Shown here: positions 52,421 through 63,993 of the stretch, in pieces
Position numbering within the stretch: position 1 is the stretch's first letter
How the letters are laid out: every line of letters begins with the position of its first letter
NCBI GenBank assembly: GCA_051453625.1
Contig: JBOZIK010000001.1
Span: forward strand, 22,447,026-22,511,018
Length of the DNA: 63,993 nt
Source: Welwitschia mirabilis
Lineage: Eukaryota
Direction: 5' to 3'
Translations under genes and position numbers: made by a program
Notes under the pieces: generated by a model
The model's input: only the letters and a program-made list of their open reading frames with translations
Told to the model about the DNA's origin: nothing
Databases searched by the model: none

Positions 52421-55400
52421 AAGGTCATCACTAGATTAGTTTTTAGGTGATGATATTATATAGAAGCAGCAATGATCTTATCAATTCTTTTGGCTTTAGC
52501 CAACTTTACTTTTATGATTTTTAATCCTCTACTATAGTTTTTTAAAATCTTATTCACACTCAATTTTCATAATTAAAATATCGCATAGGTCTTATGTTAG
52601 GTATTTATCATAGGCCCCTATGAGTTCCTTAGTAAAACCTAGTAAGGTATACTAATTAAAAATAAATAAAGTCTATTGAAGAAGACTAAAAACTAGAGTA
52701 GCAAAAAAACAAAGTTCATATTTGTATTAACATAAATCATGTACTATAAAAATAAAAAAGATGTTTTTTTAAATAATAAATAACATGTAGCTTACTAAAA
52801 TAGATCAACAAGTCAAGGAAGTGAAAGAAGAGGGAATATGAAGATAGGTTTCCTAAAGAAGAGCTACAAATAAAAAATCTTCCTCCTATTCTCTAATAGT
52901 TGGTTTGAAGGAATTTAACTTGTATAATATAATGGCTAAGATATCTATATTATTAGTAATTTGATCCAATTACTAATTAATATCATTTATTCTTTTATTA
53001 CTAGAAAAGTATATACCCAAGTTGTGATAATCTTTCTTATGTATTATTCATGCATTGGGGTACCTCAGATCTGATGGTTGTAATTTTAAGATCGACTCTT
53101 ATGTTTTTAATTTAATGGTTGATATTGGCTCATTTATCCACCATTCTTGATCTAAATGCTATCATATACTAATGATATAGTCCACAAGTAATTTATACTC
53201 CTTTAAAGATAATGGTAGTATTAGAGATCTGGGTAATGTGGAAGGGCTTGGTGTGATAGAAGTAAAGGAACTTAGTAAAGAAGAAGAAGAAGAAGAAGGA
53301 ATAGGTAAAACTAGTATAGAATGTGGAATAAGTTTTGATACCAATGCTTAATCATTTTTAATAACCATCTTTCAAACATCTTTAATTATCCAAATGAAAT
53401 TAGCTATGAATCCTACATCTATGGATGGAGGAATAAATGGTTGGATTAATCTATTGATGAGGCATGGATATAGTAAAAACGATAGCTTGTCCTCCCTTGT
53501 GAACCTTACTATACGGGATCAAATAAATGCAAGAAAATTATATATTTTTTATATTCTTCTATAATGATGCTAAGATCATGAATGTAAGAACCATCACATT
53601 GCTAGCATAAGAGGATGACATGATATTTTCCTAAATTTCATTTGTTACTATCTTTTCATCTTTAGTGAAAGTGCCAAGATTGGCTCCTATAGGTTATAAT
53701 ATTATTGCATAATTAGGAAGAAATGCCTAAATAGCTTCTCTTCATTAAAAAAAAATATCCAAAAAGAGGAAGGAGTTTGCAACTTCTTCTAGACATACCA
53801 AGTTGATAGGCCATAGTACAAATGATAATATTGATATAAACTTCAAAAATAATAAAAGCTAAGAAATATTTATTTTCTTTGCTTATTATACTAATGATCA
53901 AGAGTAACTCTTCTGTTTCTTAATGCAAAAATTGTCCATTAGCAAATACAATCCATAATTGTTGTCTATTTTATGAAGCACATTGTTAAAATATCTTTCT
54001 ATGAGTAAGATTTTTAAGTGACTACTTGATGGAGTTCTTATTTAATTAATGATTTTAAATCCTTGATATTTTCTTGTTATTATTTTTGTAGCTACTCTTT
54101 AGGTTGTTTTAAAGGATATTATTTAAGAATATAGTCTTTATTTATATGGTGGGTGATGAAGATAAATAGTACTAAAGCTTTTTTCAATCTTTCTAAATCA
54201 TGAGAAAATAATAATGAAACCATGGATGTTAAATAATTATACTTCTGAAGATTGCTAGAAAATCATTTAGAGATCTTAAGAATGATTAAAATATGAAAGG
54301 AATGAAGAAATTATGAGTTTGAAAACGGAGTTATAACATGAATTTATAACCCTATAATGTGTTACTAAGTAGTTACGGGGTGGCTGTAAGTAGAAATTTT
54401 CATTAAATAATAATGTTCCTTATTGACTACCTTATTGGCTAATACAAGTATTAATGATGATCAAATGTGATAACCATTAGTAGATAGATTGCTAGATAGA
54501 GAAAGTAGTAATAATCAAGTTATTACTACTTGATTTAATGGGTAATTATAAGTGATAATGACTTAAGAACTTATAAAAATTGAGAATTTCAAGTAATAAT
54601 TCATACCTTCTATATTTTTATGATATAAGTTGANNNNNNNNNNNNNNNNNNNNNNNNNNNNNNNNNNNNNNNNNNNNNNNNNNNNNNNNNNNNNNNNNNN
54701 NNNNNNNNNNNNNNNNNNNNNNNNNNNNNNNNNNNNNNNNNNNNNNNNNNNNNNNNNNNNNNNNNNNNNNNNNNNNNNNNNNNNNNNNNNNNNNNNNNNN
54801 NNNNNNNNNNNNNNNNNNNNNNNNNNNNNNNNNNNNNNNNNNNNNNNNNNNNNNNNNNNNNNNNNNNNNNNNNNNNNNNNNNNNNNNNNNNNNNNNNNNN
54901 NNNNNNNNNNNNNNNNNNNNNNNNNNNNNNNNNNNNNNNNNNNNNNNNNNNNNNNNNNNNNNNNNNNNNNNNNNNNNNNNNNNNNNNNNNNNNNNNNNNN
55001 NNNNNNNNNNNNNNNNNNNNNNNNNNNNNNNNNNNNNNNNNNNNNNNNNNNNNNNNNNNNNNNNNNNNNNNCTTACAAAATTTGAGAATTTCAAGTAATA
55101 ATTCACACCTTCTATATTTTTATGATATAAGCTGATAAATGAAATGAGTTAAATAATAGTTATAGTAAAAACATTTTCTATCTAATGTAACTTAGAAAAA
55201 TAACAAAATAATTAACTAAATTCTAGTACTTATTATACATAAGTAGATGATGAGATTAAAAAGAAATAAAAAAGGATTCCTTTAAAGCATAGATCAAGGA
55301 TCATCAATTTGTAATGAAATACCTTTTTCATAACCAATATTTTGTAAATCTTAACTTGAATATTAAGTACAGTAAGATTTTAGTAAAATGATTAATTATG

Positions 55401-58400
55401 CTTATTTAATTTCTTATCAAAATAAGATGTTATATTACATTTACCTTAATTTATAAACTTTCTAATCTACCATAAAAATGATAAAAATTATGTTAAAAGG
55501 TTTTTATGAAAAAATCTATTCAAATATTTAAAATTAGATAATCCTATTTTGTAAGGATTAAAATCACATGATAAAACTAAAAAATTGAAAATTTCAAAAG
55601 GACATAATAATATATTTTGCATCTCATTTACTCATTTAAATTCTTGATAAATGTGATAGGTGTATTAAATTATGAATAAACATCTTCTTCCTTGTCTTAT
55701 GTGATTGATAGATGCATTTTGAATTAAATGAGCATTTAAACAATACATGAACTCTTACCTGTAATCAAGAATGATAAATGAGTAGATTTACTCTACCATG
55801 ACTTTTATGTTCTTAAGATATGTAAGGACACTTGGTTCATAGTGTACTTATTTCTTTATTCATTAAAATTGAAGAGTTTGTCTCATTGTGCCACAAGATA
55901 ATTTTGAGATTTGTGTATTTATTCTTTAGATGCATTTGTTGGATGAATTAAATTTTCTTATAAGGCTATGAAGGATTTAAAAAAGCTAGCATGNNNNNNN
56001 NNNNNNNNNNNNNNNNNNNNNNNNNNNNNNNNNNNNNNNNNNNNNNNNNNNNNNNNNNNNNNNNNNNNNNNNNNNNNNNNNNNNNNNNNNNNNTGGATGA
56101 ATTAAATTTTCTTATAAGGCTATGAGGGGGGTAAGAAAGCTAGCATGAGGAAATGGTACATGTGATTAACCTTGCTAATTAAATATAGAAGATTACTCAC
56201 CCTGGTTAGATGTATAAGTCATAAATATTATCTCTTTTTGTATTCTAATATCACTTATTATTCATCTCACTGATCAATGCTAAATCATGTGATCTTGTGA
56301 ACTTGAGCTATGTGCCTTTATTTATCAATATATAGATATCCTTTCCTCTCTTGTAAAAAGGGGATACTTTTATTTTGTTTCATATAAGTTCATTTCTTCT
56401 TTCATCTCTCTTTTTTCCTTTCATGCTCTTGCTTGTGAAACTTAGAGCTTAGAAGCTTGAAGCTATGGAGCTATTGAGCTTGGATCTTCATCGATTTTTA
56501 ACTATTAAGGTCGTACTAATCTTCCTAAGTAACCTCTTTACTCTTATTGTCTATATGATATTTTTCCTCTATTAGAATGATCTGATATTACATTAGGAAA
56601 TTATTTATGGCTTTTATAAAATTATGTTATAAAATATAATTCCCTCCCATTGGCTCTCACCAAGACATTATAATGAAATATGAGGGGTATTTGGTACTTG
56701 GTGATATAGGATTACTAATAGATGATTAGGGCCAATTTACAAGGGGTGTTGTGTAGCCAATTTTTGGTTATTTGTTAATGTTTTATGAGTTGTTTTGTAG
56801 GGCTTTTACACAGGTTTAAGTGTAATTCTAATGATTTTACCTATATTTAAAGTATTAAAGGCACATTTTAATGCATAGAGCTTTGGATAAGGATTACTAA
56901 TAAAAATACAAAGTTTCTTCTCAAGAAAATGATTAAAGAATACCATTGTCCCCTCTGTCATCTCCACGACAGGCAGGACGACGACACATTTACATTTTGA
57001 CATGGATTACTGAGTTATCATTCTAAATCATCTTTTATAATTACCATCATCCCCTTTATCATCTAGACGATAATCAAGATTACATTGAAATGTAACTGAC
57101 TCTGATAGTGACCCTTAATCATTTCATCTATTTATGAATTATAAATAAGCACACCTAACTACGCCTTCTATTTTTTCTTTTCTACTGTATTTTCCCATAA
57201 ATAAGTCTCTCTTTAACTCTCCTTTTCATCTTGGTTTTACTAAAAATTCTTGTAATAGGAGATCAAGGGTGGGAGATCCATCTCCAGTTTTATAAAAAGA
57301 TGATCCTTTGGTGGAGGGCTGTGTATCCTCCATTGAAGCTTGGCCATTTTGTAACCTAGATGCTTATTACTTCTTAATATAANNNNNNNNNNNNNNNNNN
57401 NNNNNNNNNNNNNNNNNNNNNNNNNNNNNNNNNNNNNNNNNNNNNNNNNNNNNNNNNNNNNNNNNNNNNNNNNNNNNNNNNNNNNNNNNNNNNNNNNNNN
57501 NNNNNNNNNNNNNNNNNNNNNNNNNNNNNNNNNNNNNNNNNNNNNNNNNNNNNNNNNNNNNNNNNNNNNNNNNNNNNNNNNNNNNNNNNNNNNNNNNNNN
57601 NNNNNNNNNNNNNNNNNNNNNNNNNNNNNNNNNNNNNNNNNNNNNNNNNNNNNNNNNNNNNNNNNNNNNNNNNNNNNNNNNNNNNNNNNNNNNNNNNNNN
57701 NNNNNNNNNNNNNNNNNNNNNNNNNNNNNNNNNNNNNNNNNNNNNNNNNNNNNNNNNNNNNNNNNNNNNNNNNNNNNNNNNNNNNNNNNNNNNNNNNNNN
57801 NNNNNNNNNNNNNNNNNNNNNNNNNNNNNNNNNNNNNNNNNNNNNNNNNNNNNNNNNNNNNNNNNNNNNNNNNNNNNNNNNNNNNNNNNNNNNNNNNNNN
57901 NNNNNNNNNNNNNNNNNNNNNNNNNNNNNNNNNNNNNNNNNNNNNNNNNNNNNNNNNNNNNNNNNNNNNNNNNNNNNNNNNNNNNNNNNNNNNNNNNNNN
58001 NNNNNNNNNNNNNNNNNNNNNNNNNNNNNNNNNNNNNNNNNNNNNNNNNNNNNNNNNNNNNNNNNNNNNNNNNNNNNNNNNNNNNNNNNNNNNNNNNNNN
58101 NNNNNNNNNNNNNNNNNNNNNNNNNNNNNNNNNNNNNNNNNNNNNNNNNNNNNNNNNNNNNNNNNNNNNNNNNNNNNNNNNNNNNNNNNNNNNNNNNNNN
58201 NNNNNNNNNNNNNNNNNNNNNNNNNNNNNNNNNNNNNNNNNNNNNNNNNNNNNNNNNNNNNNNNNNNNNNNNNNNNNNNNNNNNNGTTCCATTTTTGCAT
58301 TGCATGTTAGATTAAGTTACATCTTGCATTTTCATTATATATTTTATTTATTGCATTGTTCTTTATTTTTGGTTCATTTTATTCTTTTGCAAAAGCAATT

Positions 58401-58556
58401 CAAGTCTTATCTCATACTCTTTAATGTAAATACGACATTTTGGATCTACTCCCACTTATACTAGTATGATGTATTATGTAAGATATCTATTTATTTTATG
58501 AATGATAGAATATTTTTAAACTTAAACACTTACACAAATACATACCACAACAAAAT

Positions 58557-58574
58557 TGGCACCATTACTAGGAA
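58557..58574 (+). promoter_or_regulatory. PBS (tRNA-Asp type, decayed) of element F
   Basis: TGGCACCATTACTAGGAA following ...CAACA AAAT. Confidence 0.8.
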
Positions 58575-59057
58575 ATGCTATTGAGAAGTACGAGGGTTTT
58601 GATCATTCGAGTGAGTATATTAGACCTTTGTTTAGTTATTTATCTATAGCGACATTGTATTTTATTAGGACTGTAGGTTTTCTATTTTGCATCTTTTTAG
58701 ATTTAGTTTTCTATAGAAAAATAATGGTCATCTCCTCTATCATCCCCATGAAAGATAGGATGACAGTCTCTGATTTTAGCTTTCAGTTTTATTTTTGCAT
58801 TTCAATTTTTCTGTAATAAAATTAGTCTGTATTGTCTTTTGTATCGTCAACGACCAAGAGAATGACAGTCCTATTTTCTAAGTTTTTCTGCTTTCTATTT
58901 TGGTTACTGTTCTATTTTTGCTTTTCTAGTTTTTGTGTGTGTCATTTATTTTGTCATCCTCATGATAGCAAGGATAACTATATATTATTCTTTATCTTGT
59001 TTTTAATTGTATGTTGTTTGTATAATGCTATAATATAGTTAATCTAAAGAAGAGATA

Positions 59058-62000
59058 TCAGAGAGAAAGGTTGCTGATAGAAAAGAACATTAAAGAAGGA
59101 CAGATAGACATAGAAGAGGAATTGAAAAAGAAATATCCAAGTGCACTCAATCCTCCTTCTAAATTTATTTTTTCTAAGTTAGATTTTCTTAATAAAAATC
59201 CTATAAAGGAAGAGAACCAATTTACAATATCTAGTACCTCCCGTAAGTAAAAACAAGTTGTAGGATATTCTACCCCTAATGAAAACCTCACCCTTAGAGA
59301 ATTGTTATCTAATAAAAAATGAGAGATTAAAACATCTTTTAATCTATTCCTAAGAGATGATGTTGAGCTCAAAAATTTACATGCCTACCTAATTTTTAGT
59401 GGATAAAACAATGAGGAATCCCTTCAACTCATTGTAGAAATTGAACAACTAATCCTTACCTCAGAAAATGGAAATAAAAAAATAATTAATAGAACATATA
59501 TGGTAATATTTCCCATGACATTAAAGGGTAGAGCAAAAATTTGGCTAAAACCTATCCCCCACAAAGCTTAAAAATATGGGATCAAGTTCAAGAAACCTTT
59601 GTAAAAAGATTCATGAGTGAAGAAATTATGAGAAAAAGGAAAAAGGAGATAACAAACTTTNNNNNNNNNNNNNNNNNNNNNNNNNNNNNNNNNNNNNNNN
59701 NNNNNNNNNNNNNNNNNNNNNNNNNNNNNNNNNNNNNNNNNNNNNNNNNNNNNNNNNNNNGTAGGATATTCTACCCCTAATGAAAACCTCACCCTTAGAG
59801 AATTGTTCTCTAATAAAAATTGAGAGACTCAAACATCTTTTAATCTATTCGTAAGAGATGATGTTGAGCTCAAAAATTTACATGCCTACCTAATTTTTAG
59901 TGGATAAAACAATGAGGAACCCCTTCAACTCATTGTAGAAATTGAACAACTAATCCTTACCTCAGAAAATAGAAATAAAAAAATAATTAATAGAACATAT
60001 ATGGTAATCTTTTCCATGATATTAAAGGGTAGAGCAAAACTTTGGCTAAAACCTGTCCCCCACAAAAGCTTAAAAATATGAGATCAAGTTCAAGAAACCT
60101 TTTTAAAAAGATTTATGAGTGAAGAAATTATGAGAAAAATTAAAAAGGAGGTAACAAACTTTTAACAAAAATCAAATGAAGATTATTCCTCTACTTATGA
60201 ACATTTCTTCATAGTAATCCATTCTAGTCTAGTAGATGCTTTCTCAGAAATAGAATAAGTATATTATTTTTATAGTGGATTGACTCCCCATATGAAATAG
60301 TTTGTAGATTTCTCTTATGGTGAAAACCTCATGAACCTTACTCTAGATGATGCCTAGACAAAATTAGAAAAGCTTGTGGAGGTTACTCAAACNNNNNNNN
60401 NNNNNNNNNNNNNNNNNNNNNNNTAGAGAATTATGCAAAAATAATCTTAGATGCCAAATTCACAACTAAAAGAAATGTTGTGTAAACCTATGATTAATAT
60501 GAGGATAATTATCGTATCACTAAAAATTGTCCTCTTTTGGCAACATACAAAGAAATAATTCATGAAGAAGTCTGTGCTTTTAATCAAACATCTCAAAAAC
60601 TTTAGAAACCAAAATCAGACATAACCTAGTTTAAACACTCATTTTCGAAATNNNNNNNNNNNNNNNNNNNNNNNNNNNNNNNNNNNNNNNNNNNNNNNNN
60701 NNNNNNNNNNNNNNNNNNNNNNNNNNNNNNNNNNNNNNNNNNNNNNNNNNNTTTCTCTTGTGGTGAAAACCTCATGAACCTTACTCTAGATGATGCCTAG
60801 ACAAAATTAGAAGAGCTTGTGGAGGTTACTCAAACTTGATCAACTCCTAAAGAAAATACAACTGTAGGCCAACTTATCAAAGATTTAAAAGTAGTTAAAC
60901 AATAAAAAGAGATAGAATCCAATCCTACAAATTCCATGAAAGATTTCATAATAACCTTAGAGAATTATGCAAAAATAATCTTAGATGCCAAATTCACAAC
61001 CAAAAGAAATGTTATGTAAACCTATGATTAATATGAGGATAATTATCATGTCACTAAAAATTGTCCTCTTTTGGCAACATACAAAGAAAGAATTCATGAA
61101 GAAGTCTATGCTTTTAATCAAACATCTCAAAAACTTTTGAAACCAAAATCAGACATAACCTAGGTTGAACACTCATTTTTAAAATAATCCTCAACCTTTT
61201 AGAAACTGATTCGAAAACACAAACTACCAACTAGAATCATCAAACTTTCAACGTCCAAATGATTAGCTCATAAACCTAATAGAAGAAATTAGAAAATCAA
61301 ATGCTAACTTTGAGAAATAAATACCAACATTGAAAACTTAGTGAACATCATTTAACAAATCATGTTGGAAATTCAAAGACCTCAAGGAATATTAGCTATA
61401 CAACCTTTACCAAAACCAAATGAACTAAGAAAAAATTGTAAGGTTGTAATAAGAAGTGGACAAAAAACAAACCCTTCTCCATGTGAACCTTTCACCTCCT
61501 AAAATAACTTTAGAAATGATAAAGAAGAAGAGGAAGAGAACATTGAGATATTAGAAGATTATAATTTCCCTTCTCTTGATAAAAATAAAAATAAAAATCC
61601 TTCTCAACAAACCACCCCTTAGCTTGATAGGCTTAACAACAATTCAACTTTTAATAAACATCTAAAAGCCTTGATGAAAAATGTGAGCATAAACTNNNNN
61701 NNNNNNNNNNNNNNNNNNNNNNNNNNNNNNNNNNNNNNNNNNNNNNNNNNNNNNNNNNNNNNNNNNNNNNNNNNNNNNNNNNNNNNNNNNNNNNCTAGCT
61801 TAATCCCTCATATACTTAGTTTTACCAAAATCACCCAAATCCAAATATCCAAGAGTAACTACGGTGCATGTTACTTTAGAGGAAAATAAAAAGATTAAAA
61901 AAGCCTTGATAGACATTGGAGTAAGTGTTAATATTATATCACTTCACATTTATAAGAGGATTGGTTTGGAGGATAGAATAGATCCTACTCCAATTGTTTT

Positions 62001-62498
62001 AGAAGTAGCAATCACTTCAGTTAATAAACTAATAGGCATCATTAAAGATTTGGTAATTTAAATTAAAGAGGCTTGCTATCCAATAGATGTGATTATCATA
62101 GAAGTTGAGCATAAGAGAGGATACACTTTACTTCTAGGAAGATCCTTTTGTACAATGTTCCACTGCATCATTAATACAAGAGCTAGAATAATTAAATGTC
62201 ATTTTGAAAATAGAACATTTACAATTAGATTTTTTGATGCAGCTGAGAAAGATTTAGGTGATGATATGAACATTGAAGATAACATCAAACCCACTTTATT
62301 TTTACAACATCACCCACTTGAAGAAAGAGAGATGAAATTAAATGAGGATGTGATTTGTAATGATCAACTTAAGAATAAAGAAGAAATACAACCTTTAGAG
62401 TGTAAGGAAGTCCAACTTTTCAAGAAATATTATAAAGGTTATTGTCCATTACACAAGTCAAAAATTAAAAGTCATAATTTGAATTTGGATGAAAAAAT
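59058..62498 (+). pseudogene. gag: gag-protease remnant of element F (with artefactual duplications at gaps)
   Basis: LPNF.G..NEE; IFPMTLKGRAK.WL; PQSLKIWDQVQETFVKRF; KKALIDIGVSVNIIS; LLLGRSF. Confidence 0.88.
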
Positions 62499-63548
62499 NN
62501 NNNNNNNNNNNNNNNNNNNNNNNNNNNNNNNNNNNNNNNNNNNNNNNNNNNNNNNNNNNNNNNNNNNNNNNNNNNNNNNNNNNNNNNNNNNNNNNNNNNN
62601 NNNNNNNNNNNNNNNNNNNNNNNNNNNNNNNNNNNNNNNNNNNNNNNNNNNNNNNNNNNNNNNNNNNNNNNNNNNNNNNNNNNNNNNNNNNNNNNNNNNN
62701 NNNNNNNNNNNNNNNNNNNNNNNNNNNNNNNNNNNNNNNNNNNNNNNNNNNNNNNNNNNNNNNNNNNNNNNNNNNNNNNNNNNNNNNNNNNNNNNNNNNN
62801 NNNNNNNNNNNTTTAGGAATTAAATAAAATTTATTTTCCTTGATATCCTCTTTTCATCTTCCTTTTTTGATAGTCTCTATTTTTATTTTTCCACTTTCAG
62901 TTTTTATTTCTATTTGTAGTTTCTATTTTTTATTTCTATAATAATAATCTATCATCTCTCTGTCGACCTCATGACACATAAGACGATAGTCAGTTTTGTT
63001 AGTTTTCTGATTATTTTCTATGTTATCTAATAATTTTTCTGTTTCTTTATCTTTGCCATCCTTTCTTTAATCTAGATGATGATTAAGACAGTAGTTAATA
63101 AAATTATGATTTTTTTTATTATTTTAAGAAAATATATTTTTATGGCTTTATTGAGATTTCTAACTTAACTACTTAAGAATTTCAAGAATTAAATGGGTAA
63201 ATTTTAGAATTTCATGAGCAAACCCATCTGAATTTTCTCTTAGATTTTTCCTTTAGAGGTTTTTGTGACATTACTTGATCATCTTTCAAACTTGAATTAT
63301 GTATTTATCTCCATGACTAGTCTTTTGACTTGGGCATTTCAGTGGTAAGATTGAATTCACCCAATCTTAAGATATTCTTACATTCATGAACTTCAATTTG
63401 AAGGAAGATGCTTATTTTTCTCAATGGTAAAAAGGTCTTAGATTGTTTAAGAGTGTTTTTTTTTTGTCTTTATCTTATGAATTTTACCTTTGTCTTTTGG
63501 AATGTTTGATCATGTGGAATGTTTAAAAAAAAAAAAAGAAGAAAAAAT

Positions 63549-63562
63549 AGAGAGAGAGAGAG
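63549..63562 (+). repeat. (AG)n microsatellite running into a gap
   Basis: agagagagagagag followed by Ns. Confidence 0.8.
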
Positions 63563-63993
63563 NNNNNNNNNNNNNNNNNNNNNNNNNNNNNNNNNNNNNT
63601 CAAAAACATGAGCCCCATGAGATCCTATTGCAAGGACATCGAGGCAAATATTGTTGAGGGGAGCCTTTGATAGTGTAATATGATAGTTGTGGAAACTTCA
63701 CTGGGAGGTCAGTTAGCCATGCTTCATAGGTCCTTACTTCTTTAATGATGGCTATACTTTTCTCATCATGGATAATAAAGTTATAATACAAACTTTGAGG
63801 CTATAGGATTAGTGGTGTTCTTAGTGTCATCAAAGGCATTGCTTATTTTCTAGACTCTTAGTCTATTCCACATGTTCATTTCATTTCTTGAGATTTGGGT
63901 GTTGGTTTTAAGATGACAATAAGTGAGTTCATTTTTGAGCAATTCTTTGGTCTGATCACTCATTTTATCTTTAGCATCGTCATAATAACTGCC

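Larger units (their letters stand above)
40477..55335 (-). mobile_element. Element G copy 3 (40477-41951 plus 52421-55335), split by element E; env-like remnant at ~52830-54200
   Basis: Colinear with 27857-31600 once E is removed; ORF 53713-53901 parallels ORF 30502-30687. Confidence 0.82.
56680..63993 (+). mobile_element. Element F: Athila-like element with LTR, PBS, gag and protease; RT/RH/IN not visible
   Basis: LTR ends CA at 58552 (TATAAATA ~57139; LTR start uncertain), PBS 58557-58574, gag ~59350-60900, protease ~61870-62240. Confidence 0.78.

Noticed and set aside
53331..53346. Minus-strand TGGTATCAAAAC resembling a Met PBS
   Set aside because: Lies inside the env-like ORF, no LTR adjoins it, and the paralogous site near 30096-30112 differs.
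63600..63791. 63-aa minus-strand ORF
   Set aside because: No recognisable motif; the region reads better as a possible PPT/LTR start on +.

Overview
AT-rich plant heterochromatin from a gapped draft assembly, with no intact host gene, RNA gene or CRISPR array. It consists almost entirely of nested, decayed LTR retrotransposons. (C) Athila-type Ty3/gypsy 5' half, 1-4468, minus. (B) Sirevirus-type Ty1/copia, ~4469-19598, minus, whose RT is split by (A), a complete env-carrying Sirevirus (5917-14771, minus; both LTRs, PBS, multiple PPTs, decayed TSD). (D) Plus-strand copia gag-PR-IN, ~19600-22590. An unassigned region (22600-27850) holds a decayed antisense ORF and a host RRM gene fragment. (G) 3' half of an env-carrying Athila, ~27857-32599, minus, present in three diverged copies. 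(H) A short copia LTR plus PBS. An old tandem duplication of a copia-LTR/gag + Athila-3'UTR chimera (34441-41787). (E) Full-length Athila, 41952-52420, minus, with TSD and an empty-site paralogue in the window. (F) Plus-strand Athila-like element with gag and protease but no visible RT/IN, ~56680-63990. All coding remnants have stops or frameshifts and a strong C>T/G>A signature. Many short repeats flanking N gaps are assembly artefacts. I found no convincing new biological system. The best leads are the RRM gene fragment, the gag-PR-only element with a recurrent hairpin, and the unassigned antisense ORF. All coordinates, alignments and translations were read by eye.
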